Source of the DNA: Paraspadella gotoi
Taxonomy: Eukaryota; Animalia; Chaetognatha
Length of the DNA stretch: 11,004 bases
Direction: 5' to 3'
Assembly (NCBI GenBank): GCA_051294375.1
Contig: JBJCIZ010000319.1
Span: forward strand, 1 to 11,004
The notes beneath the pieces are model-generated. The model was not told the DNA's origin, made no database searches, and was given only the letters and a program-made list of their open reading frames with translations. The position numbers and the translations under genes were made by a program. The stretch's first letter is position 1; every line of letters begins with the position of its first letter. Below are positions 1 to 9,022 of this stretch, in pieces.

Positions 1-202
1 TAAGAATCACACATTAACGTAAGCAAAAAAATGAAAATTAGAGCAATATCAAATTTGCGAAACCCACCCCCCCTTCTTTCTCTCTCTCCACAAATATTCC
101 ACAAAACTAATATTTGAAAACAAAAACACACAGGAAAAAAACGAAAACTCGACCACACCCGCGACCACACCCACCCGGAGGCGAAAGGGGCGGCGGCGGG
201 AG

Positions 203-282
203 AATGTGGGGGGGTTTCGATAAGAATCATAATTCCATTCAGAATTACAGATTCTCTATTCGAAACCCCCCCACATTAGCCT
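203..282. repeat. Imperfect ~75-bp palindrome (ICR-like) containing an inverted copy of 1161-1194
   Basis: aatgtgggggggtttcgataagaatc (203-228) pairs with gattctctattcgaaacccccccacatt (250-277). 250-282 is the reverse complement of 1161-1194 except for one G in the G-run. Confidence 0.9.
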
Positions 283-430
283 CAGTAACGAGAAAAACGC
301 GGCGTGTGCAAAAAAATACATAAAATAAAAACGAAAGAAAGAAAGAAAAGAGAAACAAAAAACTCGATGGAGGGGCAAATAAAAGAATTTGCAAACGACT
401 TCGAATAAAAGAACAACCCAAAGAGAACGC

Positions 431-859
431 TCACCGGCGGAAATCCTCCATATCCCGGCGATATGTCTCCTGCATAACCTTGCGAAATCCGTCGAAGGCG
501 TCTTTCAAGAATTCAGCAAAAACTTCCAGGCCTCCAGCCGACTGCGCTCTCCTCACTGGGCTGCGCGTAGGCTGACCACCCCCCGACCCGACACCACTGG
601 TGCCGGGCTGCGGCGCCCCTGCGCGCGCGGCCCGAGGCGCCGTACCCGAGGTAACGGGAGACAGCGCCCGAGGCGGAGGAGGAGGGGGTGGTGAAGCACC
701 GTAACCGGGGCGCGAGGCATCTCGTGACGCAGTCGCGCCCTCGTGCAACTCCGGGTCCCTCGAACCCTTCGACGAAGAAGACGATTTGGTCGAACCTCGT
801 TCGCGCGATTTCTCTCGGGGTTTATCGCGCGAATTCTTTCGGTCGTTGTGCGAAGGCAT
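431..859 (-). CDS. 142-aa Ser/Pro/Arg-rich ORF (MPSHNDRK...MEDFRR); possible gag/ORF1-like N-terminus or first coding exon
   Basis: ATG at 859 within track ORF 431..1159, GC-rich. Disordered-looking N-terminus followed by an amphipathic-looking segment (LEVFAEFLKDAFDGFRKVMQETYRRDMEDFRR). The TGA stop overlaps a splice-donor-like CG|GTGAGC at 435/434. Confidence 0.4.
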   Translation of the reverse strand: MPSHNDRKNSRDKPREKSRERGSTKSSSSSKGSRDPELHEGATASRDASRPGYGASPPPPPPPRALSPVTSGTAPRAARAGAPQPGTSGVGSGGGQPTRSPVRRAQSAGGLEVFAEFLKDAFDGFRKVMQETYRRDMEDFRR

Positions 860-1160
860 CTCGAAGCGAAAGTTAAAGTTCGATATCGAAAAGAAACAGA
901 AATATCGACAAAAGTCCCAATAATTAACGAAAAAAGCGCTGAAAATAAGCGAAAGCGACTGATCACATAGAGCGCGAAAAAAGAAGTGAAGCGTTCCCCG
1001 GCTCAGCAGCACTTCGACAGAGTGATGCAGCGTCGGGACTGGGCCCTGCAGCAGCTCTGCTGTCGCTGAGGCCGGGAGACTATTTTTTTTTTCGTTTGAC
1101 TTTTGTTTCTGTTTCACATGTCTGGTCACAGCGCGGTGTCTCGCCTTTTGGGGAGACAAA

Positions 1161-1194
1161 AGGCTAATGTGGGGGGGGTTTCGAATAGAGAATC
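1161..1194. repeat. Terminal repeat copy, inverted relative to 250-282
   Basis: aggctaatgtggggggggtttcgaatagagaatc matches the reverse complement of 250-282 at 33 of 34 positions. Confidence 0.9.
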
Positions 1195-1440
1195 AAAAAA
1201 GATGCAAGTTTAAAAAATGATGCTAGATAAAAAAATTATTTGATTAATAAAATCAATAAAGTAAATAAATAAATAGAATAGAATAGGAATAAATTAACAA
1301 ATTAATTTTTTTTGTTTAAAATAAAAAAAGAATAAATTGAGTGAATAAATGTATTAAAAGAAAAAGATATAAAATATATGCTTATGAAATTGGTACAACC
1401 AATATAAAAATTCTCCATTCCATTTAATAAATAAGCTTAT

Positions 1441-1772
1441 CTTGCACCCTGGACTTTGGACAGGCTTTGGTGGTTTAAGCCCTCCATCACTCTTAAAAGA
1501 TAAATGACATAGGCAGGTCCTGCAAGCTTTTTCAATCAAAACTCTCTCATAGTCTCGTTTATTCATCCCAGAGTACCTGGCTTCCCTATCAATGAAGTGG
1601 GAAAATATTTCAAAAGATGTTATCAGTTGTATCGAAAAAGACCCAATCTCTTCCTGGGAGTATGTTAGGAGTTCACTACGCCCTCGTTGCTTAGAATCGA
1701 GGGAAGACTTTTTCCACATTGGTGAGCATTTTTTGTCTTAAATCTGATTACCAATAATAATGTCTAACGCCC
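1441..1772 (-). pseudogene. Possible decayed exon, faintly resembling an integrase-type zinc-binding region
   Basis: Acceptor-like ttttccccag| at 1773. The frame reads ALDIIIGNQI*DKK...RYSGMNKRDYERVLIEKACRTC...KPPKPVQSPGCK, with a CxxC followed by a KP-rich linker and one in-frame stop. Resemblance is weak. Confidence 0.2.
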
Positions 1773-2759
1773 CTGGGGAAAAATTCTTAGGTAAAAAAAA
1801 CAGATGTATAAAAACACTCCAATTCCTGATCCTGTTACATCTGAAGGGCTCCGCATTTTTTTTCTCTTGACAATCATAGACCATTCATTTTGACATGTTT
1901 CTTCGAACAATTCGAATTCAAGATGGACTTGGTCTCGCTCCCGTTGGCGAAGAATTAGTTTGTGCTTTAAGCTAATTTTGTTATAATATAAAACTAAAGG
2001 GGATTTTCTCATACTTCAATCTACGGAATTGTCTAACGCATTTAAAGCGAGATGTTTGTCATTTTACAATAAAACTAGTCGAAATTCAGGGGGAATACCT
2101 TTTCGATAGCAAATTGTCTGAAGGGCTCTCAAAAATTTCTTTACATTTCATTTGGTTATATTTAATATGATACGATCATGTTAAAGTGGAATTAGTCATC
2201 ATTTTGGTTTGAAATTTTTATTTAAAGTAAAAGTAAAGAGAAGCTGAACGATCGGAATTCTCAAGAGTTTTCAACCGGGAGTCAGATTCGGAAAAAAAAA
2301 AAAAAAAAAAATCTTATTATGGCGAAAATCTTCCAAAGAAGGGTGGATTTTCCGAAGATTTGGTTAATATTTTCCTTAGTATCTTATGGGTCGCGATTTT
2401 TTTGAAACTTTTAATATAATAATAAGCTCTAATATTGACCCATACATTCTCATTGGATTCCTGAGTCAGAAGAATATTTATTAGAAAAAACTCTGACTGT
2501 TTTTCGTGCCGCACAGAGCTTAGTCCTGAAGATATGTTACCAAGCTTTTATTCTAGATAAGAATAAATTATAAACAGAACTAAAAGTTGTTTTTTTTTTA
2601 AATAAAAAAATATGTTAATAAAAAACCAATGGGCAGCTGATAAACGCTTCAGAATTTAGTAATATTAAATTTGAAAAAAAAAGAACAATTTTTGGAACAA
2701 TAGAAAGGTTTTAATTTGGCAAAAACCTTTTGATTTTCGCCTATAAAAACAAAAAGCAC

Positions 2760-2903
2760 AAGAGGCAAACGCGCAACGTTTTTTGCGCCTCCGCATTCGC
2801 CTCCCTTCTCCCCAATTTTTGACTCTAGTCCAGTTCGCCACCTCAAAAAACATGCGCCTCCGTGCGTTTTCACTCCGCCTCCCGGATCGCGTCTGCATCT
2901 CTG
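2760..2903. mobile_element. Isolated hAT-like DNA transposon end with subterminal repeats
   Basis: GC-rich patch ending in catctctg (2896-2903; CAGAGATG on minus, similar to hAT termini). CGCCTCC at 2786, 2798, 2855 and 2876, variant CGCCACC at 2836. Partner end not found. Confidence 0.35.
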
Positions 2904-3051
2904 ATAATAGCAGCCACGTAATTAAACAAACAACTTATTAAGCTTGACCACTCTTGGGTATGAGATTACTTAATGTCTCCAAAAAAAGGCCGGCATTAAC
3001 TGAAAAATATATTTGAATTCGCGAGAAAATATTTATTAATATCTACTTATT

Positions 3052-3706
3052 TATAATAAAATATTATTAATATTATTATCTACTAAAAGCCCTTTCAAAT
3101 CTAAAGAAAATGACGTATGTACGAATGCTGTCGTATAAAATTTAAACGCGGCCCAGCTTTAATTTAATTAGGATACTCAAAAACGAGACATCTTTCCAAA
3201 AATCAATAGCCAGGAAGGTAAATTTAAGATTTTTTATCAAATTGTGATTGGCAATCTTAATTTTTTTTTTTTCAGGCCCTTTCATGATACTTATATAACT
3301 AATATTATTTTTTGTTATAATATTTAAACAGGTCATATATTTAAAAAAATATTTAAAATTTTCGATAATTAACCAAGGCTGGGCAGCATACTTTTTATGT
3401 GAGAGCTTCATTAGAATATCATTCTCTAAAATGTCCGAGCTCGAGTTGGCTCTTTGGGCAATACTTTTTAAAAGTATTCAAAAACATTACCGCCGCACGA
3501 GCGGTCTTGGAGCGGTTTTAGAGTTTTGCGGAGTATACTCCGATTGAGACTTTTGCCTGCTGCAATCTTAGATTCTACAATGTTAAAGCTCAAGCGGTCT
3601 TAAAGTACGAGCGGTCTTAGGACGTTACTACTGCTTTATTCAAAGTATCAAAGTTTTTGCTATCTCATATAAGGCTTGGTATATATACTACTCCCTATGC
3701 TAAAAA
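3052..3706 (+). repeat. Dispersed repeat, copy 1 (copy 2 at 10387-11004)
   Basis: Near-identical to 10387-10507 and 10765-11004. Contains AGCGGT(C/T)TT at 3500, 3511, 3593 and 3610. Confidence 0.9.
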
Positions 3707-3835
3707 AATAAAATCAAAGACCAGCACATCTTATTATTTAAGATAGAGATAGAATAGACTAAATATGTAACAATGATGGACAACATAAACTAAGGGACTG
3801 TAACCAAAACCTAGCACAGAGTAATTACTAAATGC

Positions 3836-3996
3836 AACAAATTACTCAGCGTTTGTTTCCTTTTGTTTCGTTGTGTTTGATTAATAGAAGACGTTTTTAT
3901 TGTAAAACAAATCCGAAACATGTCCGTATAAACTGTAATAAAAAAAATAAATCGTTGTTGAAAACAAAATAAAAACGTCTTCTAACAAATTACTCA
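3836..3996. repeat. 17-bp perfect inverted repeat inside 13-bp direct repeats
   Basis: tagaagacgtttttatt (3885-3901) / aataaaaacgtcttcta (3968-3984); aacaaattactca at 3836-3848 and 3984-3996. Confidence 0.85.
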
Positions 3997-4209
3997 TAAC
4001 AGTACAATTACATTTGTGACGCGAAGACATGGTTTATGACGCGAAGTGAGATGAAGTGGTGACGACTGTTGAGACGTTTCAAGGTTTGAACCTCCAATGA
4101 CATGTGAATTTCACCGGCTATGGCGAGCTTCCTGTTTTATATTCATGTTTAGTAGTTTGTAAATGATAAGCTGAGAGAGAGAGAAATATTGAGGACAATA
4201 TTAGTTCAT

Positions 4210-4597
4210 CCACCTCCTTCGTCCTTCTACGAGTTAGAGGAGAAGAATCCACCGGACGCGAAGCTCAAGCCTGGAGCGTCATTCCAGTGTCGATGAACTC
4301 TGCTCCATCTGGTCAGCCCATTGGCGCGGCGTGTCATAATTAACAGATGCGCAATTCGCCGCCCTCACGCGCAATGTCGGAGTGCAGCTCCTTGGAGGCG
4401 GAATTCGGTCGAATCGGTCGAAGCGTCGCCATTTTTGGTCGCACAATTTCACATAACGGCCGCGCATCTTCCATCGTCCGACGTCGTAGTAGTGTCCTCA
4501 GGCGGCAGAGGTCTCGCTGGAACATTCGGAAGATGTAGTCTCCAACGTCGACGCCCAGATCTCTCATCATTGCAGCCATGCGTAGTAGAGTAGAGCA
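4210..4597 (-). other. GC/CpG-rich island, possible coding remnant of unknown product
   Basis: Abrupt GC rise in AT-rich context, acceptor-like ttccccag| at 4598 on minus, several overlapping short ORFs, no recognisable domain. Strand is tentative. Confidence 0.25.
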
Positions 4598-4679
4598 CTG
4601 GGGAACATAATTTATTTGAGTGAACAAACAAGGATATTTAGACACGAGATAGTATGATTAAAGGAGTACAAAAATATTT

Positions 4680-4796
4680 TGCTTATATTCTTAGGAAAAA
4701 ACAGTTTTTTGTTTGACAACGATTTATTTGAACACAATTTAGTCAGACATGTTTCGGCTCATTCATTTAGAGCCTTCATCAGTGCTTATATTCTTA
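4680..4796 (-). mobile_element. Short Penelope-like (pLTR/retrozyme-type) fragment: 89 bp between 14-bp direct repeats
   Basis: tgcttatattctta at 4680-4693 and 4783-4796. The interior has a hammerhead core followed by AATAAA (minus strand, 4728-4723). Confidence 0.6.
4741..4786 (-). ncRNA. Minimal type I hammerhead ribozyme (Penelope-like element type)
   Basis: Minus strand: AGCA-CUGAUGA-A-GGCUC-UAAAUGAAU-GAGCC-GAAAC-AU-GUC^UGACU. Core CUGAUGA at 4782-4776, 5-bp stem II, GAAAC at 4755-4751, palindromic ACAUGU stem III, GUC cleavage triplet at 4748-4746. Stem I is short (2 bp, 4 with a bulge). Confidence 0.75.
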
Positions 4797-5040
4797 TATT
4801 CTATAAATTACAAAAAATGTCAATAATATTTCTCGGCCTAAAATTCCATTCCCTTTCACATTCCTACTTTGGTAAACAAAGTAGTTCATATGGAAGTCAT
4901 TGTTATGAAATTGGTCACGGTTCCCTAGACACCCCGAAAAGAAAATAGAAATAACCCATTTCTGAAACACAAAAAAAAGAAAAATATAATGTTTTTACTA
5001 CATCGTAGTGAAGTCGAAAAAATTTTGATCAAGCAAGTTT

Positions 5041-5046
5041 TATCTT

Positions 5047-5081
<35 letters not shown>

Positions 5082-5110
5082 TTACGATCTCTTGCGTGAT
5101 CGTTCTTTTT
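5041..5110 (+). repeat. Left flank matching internal element sequence 6346-6395 (part of a presumed outer copy)
   Basis: tatctttctc-(CT)n-tttacgatctcttgcgtgatcgttcttttt occurs at both positions. Confidence 0.85.
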
Positions 5111-5905
5111 ATCAAGGCCATGACCGGCAAAGCCGGTTCAGCTTGATATTCATTCGGGTGAGCTTCTTTGTGACGTAGTCGTCCGTCGTCGTCGTCCGTC
5201 ACGCTGTTTTTCCATATAAAAACTAACTACGCTTTTATAGGTTTTGGGCTGTGACTTACCGTTTTTTTTTAAAATAAAATTATTATGAATTATGATAAAG
5301 TTTTACAAAAGTGTGCATTCATAGTAAGTTAAAAATTTAGATATGGCTTCTCATCTTGAAATAGCTTTGATATTTTCTTATTACATTTGGATTTAAAGTA
5401 TTTTTTGTTTGAATTTCCACTTCATTATGATTTACTGCAATATGCAAATGAGATTATAGTACTCATTATCATATCCAAATTAGTATATAGAAATGCTTTA
5501 ATCTAATTTACATATTGCAGTATATAATATTGAAGATGAAATTCAAAAAATTTGTTTTTAAATCTCTAATAAAAATGGGAAACTCAAAATAACTTTTTTA
5601 ATGAGAAGCTATATCTTAATTTTAATACAAATAAAAATAAAATCTTTTACAAGCTGCGATTGGAAAAAATTGGAAAAATTTCAAATTGTAAACCATGGTA
5701 ACATTTTTTGCCTTTCTTTTATTTCTTTTATTTCTTTTATTCTTTTATTTCTTTTAGTTCATAACATTTTATTTATGAGTCATTTAAACGTTAGTGTCTT
5801 TTTTTTTTCTGTTGAATTTTAATAGTTTAGTTTTACTTGTTTACTGCTTTCTAGTTTTTTACACTGATACTGTTTTTGATTTTGTCAATACTGTTTTTGG
5901 TATTA

Positions 5906-5907
<2 letters not shown>

Positions 5908-5941
<34 letters not shown>
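5908..5941 (+). repeat. Poly(A) run, 34 nt
   Basis: Direct count. The related internal module near 6101 has a shorter A-run before the same cgagttcag. Confidence 0.95.
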
Positions 5942-5942
<1 letters not shown>

Positions 5943-6108
5943 GAGTTCAGTCTCTGCAGTGACTGTACAGCGGCCTTCCAGCAGCTGTCCAGCTTTGCCT
6001 CTCTTTCTCTTCTCTTTCTCTTTCTTTTGAAAAATTCTGATGATGTTTTTTTTCTAAAAACATATATATTTGATCAGGCGCTGCCTTTTCTGAATCGTTT
6101 AAAAAAAA

Positions 6109-6310
6109 CGAGTTCAGGCTCTCTCTCTCTCTCTCCCTCCGTCTCCCTCCCTCTCTCTCTCTCTCTCTCCCTCTCTCTTTTTTTTTTTTTTTTTTTAAAT
6201 ATTCACTTTTTTTACCACCATTTTTTGAAAATTCTTATTATTTCTTTCCTTCTAAAAACTTTTATTATCGCCATTTATTCCGCGCTTCTTTCTCAATACA
6301 AAATCCCAAA
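6109..6310 (+). repeat. Internal module of the HINE: gagttcag-(CT)n-ctaaaaactttt...ctcaatacaaaatcccaaa
   Basis: Related copies at ~7292-7443 and ~8603-8766; partial copies at ~5943-6025, ~6422-6490 and ~7734-7802. Confidence 0.8.
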
Positions 6311-7331
6311 ATAAAAAAAAATTAAAAAAAATTTCTCTCTCTCTCTATCTTTCTCTTTCTCTCTTTACGATCTCTTGCGTGATCGTTCTTTTTTTAAAAA
6401 ATTATTATTATGTTTTTCTTTCTAAAAACTTTTTATTCGGGCTTTTTTCTCAATACAAAATCCCAAATTTACATCCGAGATTTTCGTGGATACATTTTTA
6501 AAAAAGTGAAGAATAAACTTATATTGACATGCTTTGTCACATATAAATCAGCTAATGTGACTTATTATATATGCAGCACTTTCACCGAACAATATGCATT
6601 ACATTTAAAAAAAATAAATTTGTATTTATTTATTATTGTAACTTGAACCGGTTGGCCCACTATTGGCAAATTATATCTAAAATAGGAGTTGATAAGAGAG
6701 ATATAGTCAAATTAAAACATTACTTTTTTTGTTATTCTGATAATTTATACTAGTATTAAATTTATAAATATTTTTAGTGTATATATTTAATCATTTTTAT
6801 CTTTTTTTTAAATAATAATTATTTGAGTTGTGATAACTATTTATAAATTAATTAAATATGCAAATATAAAATTTGACCTCGGTCTGGTTTCTTCCTTAAA
6901 AAAGAACAATCAAAAATTTCATTCAAGATTAAATTTTTTAAAATGAGGAAATAAAATTTGTTTTGATAAGTAAAAAAATATTTGGAAGTCAAAAATATCA
7001 TAAGTCGTTAACTGAGTATTTTCACTATATATTTTGTTAATAGGGATTATAATTTTTGGATCATTATTATTGAAAAGAGTTTAGTTTTTTTTCTCTGAAT
7101 AGGGGTAGCCCTCTCAATGGTGTGAATCAAAAATTTAGTATGGGAACATGCTCAAACGAAAATTTATGCATTTTTAAGTTTACTTCAATGTACAAAAAAT
7201 TTCTTATATGGCTCTATAACCAAATATTTATTTTGTAATATTTTTTTATAGAAAGGAAAGAGTTCGTCCCTACTCATATTCGTCGGAAAATGAGTTCAGC
7301 TCTGCAGCGGCGGTCCAGCGGCTGTCCAGCT

Positions 7332-7380
<49 letters not shown>

Positions 7381-7549
7381 CCTTCTAAAAACTTTTATTA
7401 TCGCCATTTATTCCGCGCTTTTTTCTCAATACAAAATCCCAAATTTACATCCGAGATTTTCGTGGATTTTTTCCCTAAAAATTCTGATTATTCTTTATAT
7501 AAACGAGAGAGACCTAATAATGCGTTTCGTTGGCGGGAAAACTGTCCGG

Positions 7550-7589
<40 letters not shown>

Positions 7590-7620
7590 ACTCATACACG
7601 CATTTGTTTGTTTTATTTAC

Positions 7621-7680
7621 GATGAATGATTCATCGCGTCAATGAATGACTATCATCGCATCAATGAATGACTATCATCA
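7621..7680 (+). repeat. ~22-bp tandem repeat (atgaatgactatcatcgcatca-like, ~2.7 units) just before the 3' subTIR
   Basis: atgaatga recurs three times with tcatc(gc) spacers; the same array is at ~8938-8997. Confidence 0.8.
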
Positions 7681-7704
7681 TGGCTTGATCCTTATGCTTT
7701 AAGA

Positions 7705-8653
7705 TTTTTTTGAAAAAATTATGATTTTCTTTTTAAAAACTTTTATTCGGGGCTTTTTTCTCAATACAAAATCCCAAATTTACATCCGAGATTTTCGTGG
7801 ATACATTTAAAAAAAGTGAAGAATAACTTATATTGACATGCATTGTCACATATAAATCAGCTAATGTTGACTTATTATATATGCAGCACTTTCGCCAAAC
7901 AATATGCATTACATTTAAAAAAAATAAATTTGTATTTATTTATTATTGTAACTTTGAACCGGTTGGCCCCATATTGGCAAATTATATCTAAAATAGGAGT
8001 TGATAAGAGAGATATAGTCAAATTAAACATTACTTTTTTTTTATTCTGATAATTTATACTATTATTAAATTTATAAATATTTTAGTGTATATATTAATCA
8101 TTTTTATCTTTTTTTAAATAATAATTATTTGAGTTGTGATAACTATTTATAAATTAATTAAATATGCAAATATAAAATTTGACCTCGGTCTGGTTTCTTC
8201 CTAAAAAAAAGAACAATCAAAAATTTCATTCAGATTAAAATTTTTTAAAATGAGGAAATAAAATTTTTTTTGATAAGTAAAAAAAATATTTGGAAGTCAA
8301 AAATATCATAGTCGTTAACTGAGTATTTTCAACTATATATTTTGTTAATAGGGATTATAATTTTTGGATCATTATTATTGAAAAGAGTTTAGTTTTTTTT
8401 CTTCTGAATAGGGGTAGCCCCTCTCAATGGGGTGAATCAAAAATTTAGTATGGGAACATGCTCAAACGAAAATTTATGCATTTTTAAGTTTACTTTCAAT
8501 GTACAAAAAATTTCTTATATGGCTCTATACCCAAATATTTATTTTGTAATATTTTTTATAGAAAGGAAAAGAGTTCGTCCCTACTCATATTCGTCGGAAA
8601 ATGAGTTCAGCTCTGCAGCGGCGGTCCAGCGGCGGTCCAGCGGCTGTCCAGCT

Positions 8654-8707
<54 letters not shown>

Positions 8708-8871
8708 CCTTCTAAAATTTTATTATCGCCATTTATTCGCGCTTTTTTCTCAATACAAATCCCAAATTTACATCCGAGATTTTCGTGGATTTTTTCCCTA
8801 AAAATTCTGATTATTCTTTATATAACGAGAGAGACCTAATAATGCGTTTCGTTGGCGGGAAAACTGTCCAG

Positions 8872-8907
<36 letters not shown>

Positions 8908-9022
8908 ACTCATACACGCATTTGTTTGTTTTATTTACGATGAATGATTCATCGCGTCATGAATGACTATCATCGCATCAATGAATGACTATCATCATGG
9001 ATTGATCCTTATGCTTTTAAGA
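7705..9022 (+). mobile_element. Second copy of the 3' ~1.3 kb of the HINE (duplicate of ~6389-7704)
   Basis: Collinear, near-identical to 6389-7704 with mostly 1-bp indels. Ends with subTIR variant tcatggattgat (8995-9006), hairpin and T-run (9023-9031). Confidence 0.8.

Larger units (their letters stand above)
1..1194 (-). mobile_element. Putative DIRS1-like (tyrosine-recombinase) retroelement or deletion derivative; 5' end at ~1194, continuing past the left window edge
   Basis: Terminal sequence 1161-1194 has an inverted copy at 250-282. On the minus strand that copy is followed by a small hairpin (taattc/gaatta) and a variant direct copy (203-228), the layout of a DIRS internal complementary region. 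GC-rich interior with a low-complexity ORF, sharp boundary to AT-rich DNA at 1195, no TSD seen. No RT or YR in the window, so the family is inferred. Confidence 0.5.
5111..7704 (+). mobile_element. Non-autonomous Helentron-associated element (HINE; DINE-1/CvA-Pearl-like)
   Basis: T-run, then 5' subTIR atcaag(g)ccatga (5111-5123) within a stem-loop (accggc-aaa-gccggt; tcagcttgat to 5147); GTC/GTCC microsatellite (5178-5200); 3' subTIR tcatggcttgat (7678-7689); short terminal hairpin ctta-tgctt-taag; T-run (7705-7711). No TSD and no coding capacity seen. Confidence 0.75.

Noticed and set aside
114-970. Plus-strand ORFs 114..323, 389..694, 688..876, 743..970 and minus ORF 553..966
   Set aside because: Shadow or alternative frames of GC-rich or low-complexity sequence; no domain features.
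860-1159. N-terminal 100 aa of track ORF 431..1159
   Set aside because: Starts at a non-ATG codon and crosses T-rich UTR-like sequence (Phe-rich translation); the ATG at 859 is the more plausible start.
250-1194. Simple TIR DNA transposon or MITE bounded by the 33-bp inverted repeats
   Set aside because: No TSD (ttaca versus aaaaa), and a third copy plus hairpin lies just outside at 203-249. DIRS-like geometry fits better, though this reading is not fully excluded.
2526-2570. CTGAAGA as a second hammerhead core
   Set aside because: No stem II and no suitably placed GAAA.
7621-7680. CRISPR-like array
   Set aside because: Contiguous tandem units without unique spacers, eukaryotic context, no cas genes.
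5601-8839. Short ORFs within the HINE copies (e.g. 6027..6314, 6410..6646, 8432..8839)
   Set aside because: Translations of poly(A/T) and (CT)n tracts; frames are not conserved between the near-identical duplicates.
6389-9022. The two 1.3-kb direct repeats as an LTR pair
   Set aside because: They abut with no internal region, lack TG..CA, PBS or PPT, and end in Helentron-type subTIR, hairpin and T-run.
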